NCBI GenBank assembly: GCA_965204375.1
Contig: OZ241986.1
Coordinates: 1,472,001 to 1,536,000, forward strand
Direction: 5' to 3'
DNA: 64,000 nt
DNA from: Candidatus Latescibacterota bacterium
Lineage (GTDB): Bacteria > Latescibacterota > UBA2968
In this document: piece by piece, positions 48,972 to 55,758 of the stretch
Position numbering within the stretch: the first letter of the stretch is position 1
Layout of the letters: each line of letters starts with the position of its first letter
Position numbers and translations under genes: made by a program
Notes under the pieces: model-generated
Databases searched by the model: none
Told to the model about the DNA's origin: nothing
The model's input: only the letters and a program-made list of their open reading frames with translations

Positions 48972-49064
48972 TCCTTGGGCGAAATGGTTTGCATTATATG
49001 CCTTAGAAAGCTATGAATATACCAAAGGATGTTTTGGGAAGCAATGTTTCTGAAAGGAGTCACT

Positions 49065-50033
49065 ATGGCAGCGGAAAATTATGTTCAGATTGTCGTGCCT
49101 GGCGATGAGCCGGTACAGATTGCGGGATCACCCCATCTGGAGCGATTGGCAAGTTATGGCGATGTGACGCTTTACGATACGCGACCCGTATCATTAAAAG
49201 AAAAGGTCGAACGGGTAAGGGACGCCGATGTGATTATGAACACGCGCGGTGCTGTGACGTGGGGCGAGCAAGAGTTTAGCCAATTGCCAAAGTTGAAAAT
49301 GATTACGACGTGTTCTATTGGCACAGATATGTTCGATCTGGCGGCCGCAAAAAAGCGTGGGATTGTGATATGCAACCAGCCGGGAAGAACAGCACCGGTT
49401 GTGGCAGAGCACATGTTTGGCCTGATGTTTGCCGTTGCAAAACGCGCTGCATATTTAACCACAGAGATGAAAAAGGGAGGCTGGCCCAGGCGGGATAATG
49501 TGATGCTTCAGGGCAAAACCCTGGGGATTATTGGTGCAGGCAATATTGGTGCTGAGATGGCGCGACTTGCCCAAGCGATTGGGATGGAGGTGATTGCGTG
49601 GACATTTCATCCGTCACCTGAACGGGCGGAAAAACTCGGCGTGCGATTTGTCGAGTTGGATACACTGCTCGAAACTTCTGATGTCGTCAGTCTGCATGTG
49701 GCGTTGACAGATGATACCCAGGGGATGATCGGTAAAGCCGAATTGGAAAAGATGAAAGCAGATGCGCTATTGCTGAATGGCGCACGCGGTGCAGTGGTTG
49801 ATTCGGACGCGCTTGTCGATGCGTTAAACAGTGGGCATATCGGCGGAGCAGGTATCGATGTGTACGAAGAAGAACCGACACCACCCGATTATCCCCTTCT
49901 TGCGTGTGAACAGGTGGTGCTTACGCCGCATTGTGCAGATATGACGCCAGAAGGTGTCGATCTGCTCAATAGCGGCGCAGTTGAGAATGTGATCGCATTT
50001 TTGGAGGGACAGACGCAAAATGCGGTGACTTAG
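49065..50033 (+). CDS. D-isomer-specific 2-hydroxyacid dehydrogenase
   Basis: GKTLGIIGAGNIG, LLNGARGAVVD, DVYEEEP, LTPH. Confidence 0.9.
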   Translation: MAAENYVQIVVPGDEPVQIAGSPHLERLASYGDVTLYDTRPVSLKEKVERVRDADVIMNTRGAVTWGEQEFSQLPKLKMITTCSIGTDMFDLAAAKKRGIVICNQPGRTAPVVAEHMFGLMFAVAKRAAYLTTEMKKGGWPRRDNVMLQGKTLGIIGAGNIGAEMARLAQAIGMEVIAWTFHPSPERAEKLGVRFVELDTLLETSDVVSLHVALTDDTQGMIGKAELEKMKADALLLNGARGAVVDSDALVDALNSGHIGGAGIDVYEEEPTPPDYPLLACEQVVLTPHCADMTPEGVDLLNSGAVENVIAFLEGQTQNAVT

Positions 50034-51112
50034 CTTTCGATATACCCCTCTCGGGTCAAGAGTTCGGCCATCAGGACAGCACCACCTGCTGCACCGCGTA
50101 CAGTATTATGGCTGAGGGCGATGAATTTGTAATCGAAGAGATTGTCTTCGCGCAAGCGACCGAGTGTAATGCCCATGCCGTTTTCCGCATCGCGGTCTGT
50201 GCGCGTCTGCGGGCGGTCATCGCCTTCGATGTACGCGAGAAATGTTTTGGGTGAGGAGGGCAGCCCTATAGCTCTGTGGTCGCCCTCAAAGCTTTGCCAG
50301 CGGGAGAGGATGTCCTTTGCCGTGGGTTTTTTGTCAAAGGATACAGATACGGCTGCCATGTGTCCATCTGTGACGGGAACCCGAACGCATTGGGCTGATA
50401 TGATCGGACTGCGTTTGGGCACAATTTCATCTTTGACGATTTTGCCCCAAATCTTGTGGGGTTCGTTTTCACTTTTGTCTTCTTCACCGCCGATATAGGG
50501 AATGATATTGTCTATCATTTCTGGCCAGGTCTCAAAGGTTTTACCCGCACCGGAAATGGCCTGATAAGTGCATATAGAGGCGCTGGAAGGCCCAAATTCT
50601 GACAATGCGTGAAAAGCCGGTACATAAGGCTGAATGGAGCAATTGGGTTTTACGGCAATAAAACCGCGTTGGGCACCCAGACGTTTGCGTTGCTCCGGAA
50701 TGATTTCGGCGTGTTCTGGATTGATTTCTGGCATAAGGATGGGTACGTCGGGGGTCCAGCGGTGCGCCGAATTATTGGAGATGACCGGGGTTTCGGCTTT
50801 TGCATAAGCTTCTTCGAGTCTGTAAATTTCCTCTTTTTCCATGTCGAGCGCGCAACAGATGAAATCGACTTGTGATGCGATAGCGTTAACCTCGCGCACA
50901 TCTTGCACGACGAGGTCGGATACTGTTGCGGGAATGGGAATATCGCGTTGCGTCCATCGGCCTTTCACAGCTTCTCGATAGGTTTTTCCGGCAGAGCGCG
51001 GGCTGGCGGCGATGGAGGCAATTTCAAAATAGGGATGATCGGCGAGCAATGTGACAAAGCGCTGCCCGACCATGCCGGTTGCTCCGAGAATTCCAACTTT
51101 GAGTTTGGACAT
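50030..51112 (-). CDS. asd: Aspartate-semialdehyde dehydrogenase
   Basis: GILGATGMVGQRF, KPNCS, YQAISGAG, CVRVPVTDGH, HNTVRGAAGG. Confidence 0.96.
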   Translation of the reverse strand: MSKLKVGILGATGMVGQRFVTLLADHPYFEIASIAASPRSAGKTYREAVKGRWTQRDIPIPATVSDLVVQDVREVNAIASQVDFICCALDMEKEEIYRLEEAYAKAETPVISNNSAHRWTPDVPILMPEINPEHAEIIPEQRKRLGAQRGFIAVKPNCSIQPYVPAFHALSEFGPSSASICTYQAISGAGKTFETWPEMIDNIIPYIGGEEDKSENEPHKIWGKIVKDEIVPKRSPIISAQCVRVPVTDGHMAAVSVSFDKKPTAKDILSRWQSFEGDHRAIGLPSSPKTFLAYIEGDDRPQTRTDRDAENGMGITLGRLREDNLFDYKFIALSHNTVRGAAGGAVLMAELLTREGYIES

Positions 51113-51136
51113 CAGTTTTTCCTTTCTGCGGATCTG

Positions 51137-51181
51137 AAAATAAAAAAACAGCCGGTTGCCAGAGTAGAAGCATGCCGACTG
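51137..51181 (-). terminator. Riboswitch-controlled intrinsic terminator upstream of asd
   Basis: Minus strand CAGTCGG...CCGGCTG followed by TTTTTTTATTTT. Confidence 0.75.
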
Positions 51182-51197
51182 CATATAGCAGAGACTG

Positions 51198-51380
51198 CCC
51201 ACAAGAGAGTGCTCCACGGAAAATATCCCGTGACAGTTCAGCAGATATTATCTGCTGACCCAGCCAAATGCCCTGCGGTGGAATATTTGGCTTCGGCATC
51301 CCGACCCTTTCATCTGGCCTGTAGATCCGCTTTCTGGTGCCAGATTACTGATGACGGGACGCGCCTCTACTCTTGGTGGG
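51198..51380 (-). ncRNA. Lysine riboswitch (L-box)
   Basis: Minus strand CAAGAGUAGAGGCGC...AGUA...GAAAGGG...GCCGAA...UGGG...ACUGUCAC...GUGGAGCACUCUCUUG with a closing P1; TTGACA at 51408-51413 upstream; precedes asd. Confidence 0.92.
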
Positions 51381-51437
51381 GAGAAACTTCACATATTCTT
51401 TATTTTTTGTCAACCCGAAAATGAAATATGCCGCTGT

Positions 51438-51551
51438 ATAGGCGAATCTGCAAATCTGCGATAGTAGTTGGGTGGTTGGGCGGGGTTCGTCTATTCGTCT
51501 ATGAACTGGCCTGAGAGGCGGCCAGTTGTACACCGCTCCGTCTATTCGCCC
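51438..51551. repeat. Octamer repeat arrays in opposite orientations around a hairpin
   Basis: TAGGCGAATCTGCAAATCTGCGAT versus TTCGTCTA TTCGTCTA...CCGTCTATTCGCC; hairpin AACTGGCC/GGCCAGTT. Confidence 0.5.
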
Positions 51552-51637
51552 TTTGTATTGTATTAGATACATTGCCTTTATTTTTTTATATTTCGTATAT
51601 CCTCTTAACCACGCCTAAATCACACAAGGAGAATTTT

Positions 51638-53044
51638 ATGAATATGGTGGTGATTTGTTGCGATACGTTTCGCGCCGATATTGTTGGAGCGGACAAAAAG
51701 TTTAGCCATGTGAAAACGCCTCATTTGGATCAGTTGGCTTCTGATGGCCTGATCTTTAATCGCTGTTTTGCAGAGGGTTTGCCGACGATTCCTTTTCGGC
51801 GGTGTGTGTTTACGGGTATTCCGTCTTTTCCCTGGCGGTTTGATACGCCAAATGAAGGGCTTCAGCCAGCAGGCTCTGGCTGGCATCCGATTCCGCCAGA
51901 TCAGGATACGCTCGCGGAACGCCTGCACGATGCGGGTTTTGTTACGGGTCTGGTCGCAGATACCTATCACATGTTTAAGCCGACCCAGAATTTCACGCGG
52001 GGTTTTTTGTCGTGGCGATTTATTCGCGGTCAAGAACAAGATGGATATCGCTCGGGTCCACTGTCGCGTATCGATCTGGCAGCGCATGTACGGGATGGAG
52101 ATGCAGATCCGAGGAAACATGCGGTGATTGTTCAGTATTTGCTCAATATGCTGGATCGGCAGGAGGGCGAAGAAAATTATCTCGCTGCCCAGGTGTTTCG
52201 CGAGGCATCGCAATGGGTGGAGGACAATAGGAGTAACAAGCCATTTTTCTTGTGGATTGACAGTTTTAGTCCACACGAGTTATGGGATCCGCCAAGGCAG
52301 TATGCCGATGCTTATTTTTCAGATCCTTCCGTGAAGGATTATATCCATCACAGTGTCCTGTCCATTGGCGATGTGACCGATGCGGAAATAGAGCGCACAA
52401 AAGCATTGTATATGGGCTATGTCACATTTGTGGATCGCTGGATTGGGCATTTGCTGGAAACGATTGACCGATTGAATCTGAGGGACGATACTGTGGTGAT
52501 GTTCATATCCGATCACGGCACACAATTGATGGATAGGGGGCGGTTTGGCAAGGGCGGTAATGCGCTTTTTCCATTTAATACGCAGATCAATTGGATCGTT
52601 CGCCATCCGGATGGACCGCGCGGGCAGCAGTCGGATATCTGGACACAGAATCAGGATATTACGCCGACGATTCTCAATATGCTGGGCGTTGACTATGAAG
52701 AGATGGAAGGGGTAGATGCATGGGCAGGTGTGACGGGTGCGAGTGAACCAGCTCGCGATTATATCACAACGGGTTGGGCAACGAATTTTAATGTGCGGGA
52801 TGATCGGTATAGCGTACACATGGATGTAGGGACAAGGTCCCCCGAAGCCACGGTTTACGATTTGAGTGTGGATGCCGATGAGAAAAAGCCCCTGAGTGAC
52901 CCGCCCCGTGAGGTCGTTGCACAGGCATTGGAACGGGCGCGTACTGTGATTGGAGATTTCCCCGATGTATTTAGCGCGTACAAACAAAGACACGCGGCGC
53001 GGGCGATGCGGACGTTTATGAATAAGTACGGCTTGGGGAGGTAG
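51638..53044 (+). CDS. Sulfatase-fold (alkaline phosphatase superfamily) hydrolase
   Basis: CDTFRAD, PTIPFRRCVFTG, PFFLWIDSFSPHE.WDPP, FISDHG. Confidence 0.85.
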   Translation: MNMVVICCDTFRADIVGADKKFSHVKTPHLDQLASDGLIFNRCFAEGLPTIPFRRCVFTGIPSFPWRFDTPNEGLQPAGSGWHPIPPDQDTLAERLHDAGFVTGLVADTYHMFKPTQNFTRGFLSWRFIRGQEQDGYRSGPLSRIDLAAHVRDGDADPRKHAVIVQYLLNMLDRQEGEENYLAAQVFREASQWVEDNRSNKPFFLWIDSFSPHELWDPPRQYADAYFSDPSVKDYIHHSVLSIGDVTDAEIERTKALYMGYVTFVDRWIGHLLETIDRLNLRDDTVVMFISDHGTQLMDRGRFGKGGNALFPFNTQINWIVRHPDGPRGQQSDIWTQNQDITPTILNMLGVDYEEMEGVDAWAGVTGASEPARDYITTGWATNFNVRDDRYSVHMDVGTRSPEATVYDLSVDADEKKPLSDPPREVVAQALERARTVIGDFPDVFSAYKQRHAARAMRTFMNKYGLGR

Positions 53045-53054
53045 GAAGATTATC

Positions 53055-53111
53055 CACGAAGGACACGAAGGACACGAAGAAAGGCATGTAGGGGCGGGTT
53101 TGTAACCCGCC
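53055..53111. repeat. 9-nt tandem repeat plus GTAG-type REP-like palindrome
   Basis: CACGAAGGA x2 + CACGAAGAA; GTAG-G-GGCGGGTT-TGT-AACCCGCC. Confidence 0.75.
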
Positions 53112-53135
53112 AATGATTTTCAAACGAGGAAAAAA

Positions 53136-54029
53136 TTGAACTATAGAGTTGAACAACATCCCGATCACCACCGGTTGCGTCACATCACAATTGACGGCGA
53201 TACCGCAGCGGCTTATGTGCGCGAAGTGTCAGATCTTTCGGAGCAGCGATTGACTTATGTGCCATATTTGAGATTGATCGCTGCCGATTGTCTGCAAAAT
53301 ATAGTAGGTGATGATTTTTTCGAGCATATCAATGCGATTGTTAGAGACCGTGCAACCGGGGGGTTTACCGTTGCGGCTGAAGGTGGGTTTGAGACGATGG
53401 ATCAGCGCGTTGCTTTTGGGACGGCTGTTTCGCATGCGATCGGGATTCCCAATTTTGACGATATGACGGGGAATTATTACGCCTGTTTTGAGGTGAAGGA
53501 TACGGATAATAGCGATTCGTATTTGCGTCAGGCGTATCGCCTGTTCACGCTCCATACCGATGGGACGTATGTCCGCGAGCGCACAGATTGGATTTTGATG
53601 ATGAAGATGGAGGAGCACGATGCGGTGGGGGGAGAGTCACGGCTGTTGCATCTGGATGATTGGGAAACGTTAGAGCACTTTGCCAGCCATCCACTGGCTT
53701 CTTTACCTCTGGTCTATCAGTCGCCGCCGAGTAAGAATTATCCCGTTACGATTGAAAAAACGACGTTCTACGAACAAGACGGCAAAGCGTGTGTGTGTTT
53801 TATCGATCAGTTTGTCTATCCCGAGACCATTGAGCAGGGCCGATATCTGCGCGATCTTTCCGATTCGATGGAAGCGTCGCAGGGGGTGGTTTCGCTGCCC
53901 TTGCCACCCGATCATCTCGTGGTGCTCAACAACCATTTCTGGTTGCACGGACGCGAGGCGTTTGAGAAAAATCCCAATCTCTATCGCTTGCTGATGAGGC
54001 AGAGAGGGTATTTTAGAGATAAAACTTGA
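53136..54029 (+). CDS. glaH: Glutarate 2-hydroxylase (CsiD), Fe(II)/2OG
   Basis: DNSDSYLRQAY, LHTDGTYV, GGESRLLHLDDW, FIDQF, NNHFWLHGR, RQRG. Confidence 0.92.
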   Translation: MNYRVEQHPDHHRLRHITIDGDTAAAYVREVSDLSEQRLTYVPYLRLIAADCLQNIVGDDFFEHINAIVRDRATGGFTVAAEGGFETMDQRVAFGTAVSHAIGIPNFDDMTGNYYACFEVKDTDNSDSYLRQAYRLFTLHTDGTYVRERTDWILMMKMEEHDAVGGESRLLHLDDWETLEHFASHPLASLPLVYQSPPSKNYPVTIEKTTFYEQDGKACVCFIDQFVYPETIEQGRYLRDLSDSMEASQGVVSLPLPPDHLVVLNNHFWLHGREAFEKNPNLYRLLMRQRGYFRDKT

Positions 54030-54070
54030 CATATTGCACTTGAGACGTTATATGTACTTTGAAGGGCACC

Positions 54071-54143
54071 AAAAAAGAAGACCGCGTGTTGCACAAGGAC
54101 AAGACACACGCGGCCTTCAACGAAGTAACCCTTTTACAAGGGT
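54071..54143 (-). ncRNA. Candidate ~73-nt antisense small RNA
   Basis: Minus-strand promoter TTGACA(54178-54173)-N17-TAAATT(54155-54150); hairpin ACCCUU-GUAA-AAGGGU; 13-bp terminator plus U6. Confidence 0.55.
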
Positions 54144-54288
54144 GCCTACAATTTAACCCTTCCTGATTGATTTGTCAACTCGCAAAGAAAGGAGGTAGTC
54201 AAAGTCCTTAGATAGGCGACCTGAAGCCACGAAGCCAATGCAGGTACGTATCGTGTTCAACCTCATTAAAAAGGAAAGGATTTCAGTC

Positions 54289-54732
54289 ATGGATTTGTTT
54301 AAAAAGACTGAGGAACTTTACGAAGATTATTGGCGCAAAACCAAAAGCAAAAGAGAGGAGACAAGCACAATGCCTTTTTTTTTAATTCCCATTATAGTTA
54401 GTGGAGTAGTAACCTGGAAGAAGGTCGTTGAAGAAGAAGAGACGAAGCGATACGCGATCTCCGCTGAAGAGCGGAAAACCATTCACATGATCAATGTTCA
54501 GCGCGACCTGTTGATGACGCATCTCGAACGCTCCTTTGACGAACGGAGAGAGAACTTCCGGAAATTCTTCGATAGTTTAGATCGGGCAATTGACAAGGGA
54601 GATACTGTTACTGTCGCCGCGACTTTGAACTCAATCGTCGAGCTAGCGCAGTCGAGTCCCTTCAAGGACATCGCCTCTGTGAAGGATGTCCGAGAGGTCA
54701 TGGCAGATCAAGACAAAGTGTACGAAATATAA
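54289..54732 (+). CDS. Hypothetical helical protein (ERSFDERRENF...ELAQSSPFKD motif)
   Basis: Open frame with RBS-preceded ATGs at 54289 and 54370; coiled-coil-like. Confidence 0.7.
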   Translation: MDLFKKTEELYEDYWRKTKSKREETSTMPFFLIPIIVSGVVTWKKVVEEEETKRYAISAEERKTIHMINVQRDLLMTHLERSFDERRENFRKFFDSLDRAIDKGDTVTVAATLNSIVELAQSSPFKDIASVKDVREVMADQDKVYEI

Positions 54733-54764
54733 TGGACGCTTGATCCTATCTTGATTGAGTATTG

Positions 54765-54804
54765 AAAAAAAAGGCCCGTTGATCGGTTATGATCAACGGG
54801 CCTT
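54765..54804 (-). terminator. Intrinsic terminator (T-tail on minus strand; possibly bidirectional)
   Basis: A8 then AAGGCCCGTTGATC-GGTTAT-GATCAACGGGCCTT, a perfect 14-bp stem. Confidence 0.8.
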
Positions 54805-54831
54805 AGCGTTGTACTCGAGAGGAAATAATGG

Positions 54832-55062
54832 ATGATCGACCAATATGCAAAATACCTGATTCTCGTGATACTTGCGGGCTGGACAATTGGCGCGCGTGAA
54901 TGCGCCGCGCAACGCCTTTTACGCCTCGTCACTCGGATCTCGTGCAGGAATTCTGGCGCTGGCAAGCGGTTTTTTTGTCGAGCGAGTTCGAGTTGGGACG
55001 TTGGTTGTTTGAGATTGGGAAATCACGTCACGCATCCAATGCTTGCTCAAATGCCTCGATAA
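54832..55062 (+). pseudogene. Frameshifted, truncated remnant of a secreted/sensor protein
   Basis: Signal peptide MIDQYAKYLILVILAGWTIGARECAAQ continues, after a 1-nt frameshift near 54912, as TPFTPRHSDLVQEFWRW, then decays. Confidence 0.4.
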
Positions 55063-55068
55063 ATGATG

Positions 55069-55521
55069 CTATTCGAAACTTTCCAATGTCAGAATTAGAT
55101 GCTCCGGAAAGTCAGGAGGTAAGTTTGTTCGATATCGTTTTTCGCTGGTCAACCAGATACAATCAAGTTTGTTTGCCAGGACGATATAAGTCGCATCATA
55201 AAATCCGCGATTAAAGCGGATTGCAAAATCCAAAATTGTTTGTCGATCTTGTACGCTCAAGTCACAAAATACAATTGGCAATTCAGAGAATGTTCGATAC
55301 GCTTCTATTGCTTGCTCTGTTTCGATACGCTGCCTACCACTGCGCTGTGCCCGGGTGATAATGTGACCTAATTCATACTCGAGAATATGCGGTGCATAAA
55401 AGACGATCTCTTTAGCTAAGAACCGAATGAGAAACGTCTCTGCAATATCTACCACGTCTTCGTCGTTTAAGAACCACTTAGCAGCAACTGACGCATCTAA
55501 AACGTATCTTTCATTGATCAT
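55069..55521 (-). CDS. vapC: PIN-domain toxin (VapC)
   Basis: YVLDASVAAKWF, APHILEYE, FYDATYIVLA, WLTSEK. Confidence 0.9.
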   Translation of the reverse strand: MINERYVLDASVAAKWFLNDEDVVDIAETFLIRFLAKEIVFYAPHILEYELGHIITRAQRSGRQRIETEQAIEAYRTFSELPIVFCDLSVQDRQTILDFAIRFNRGFYDATYIVLANKLDCIWLTSEKRYRTNLPPDFPEHLILTLESFE

Positions 55522-55672
55522 TTAACCGCCTTAAAATCGCACCAGAATTTACTACCACAGGACCAATAGCTTTCCGAATCTTTTTTATTCGATTAAATAA
55601 TTTTTTTTCTGATGCGTTCAGTTTGCGTATATCGCCTCGAATGAGTGGTCGTGTTGTCATCTGTTCAGGCAT
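55511..55672 (-). CDS. Putative antitoxin (53 aa), below the ORF-track cutoff
   Basis: MPEQMTTRPLIRGDIRKLNASEKKLFNRIKKIRKAIGPVVVNSGAILRRLNDQ; AAGGAG RBS; overlaps the vapC start. Confidence 0.7.
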   Translation of the reverse strand: MPEQMTTRPLIRGDIRKLNASEKKLFNRIKKIRKAIGPVVVNSGAILRRLNDQ

Positions 55673-55758
55673 ATTGTTTCTCCTTTGCTTTCTACTAATT
55701 TACGGACTTTCCAATTATTCTTCAACCTGATTAACGATTGCCTATAATTCTGCGGATG

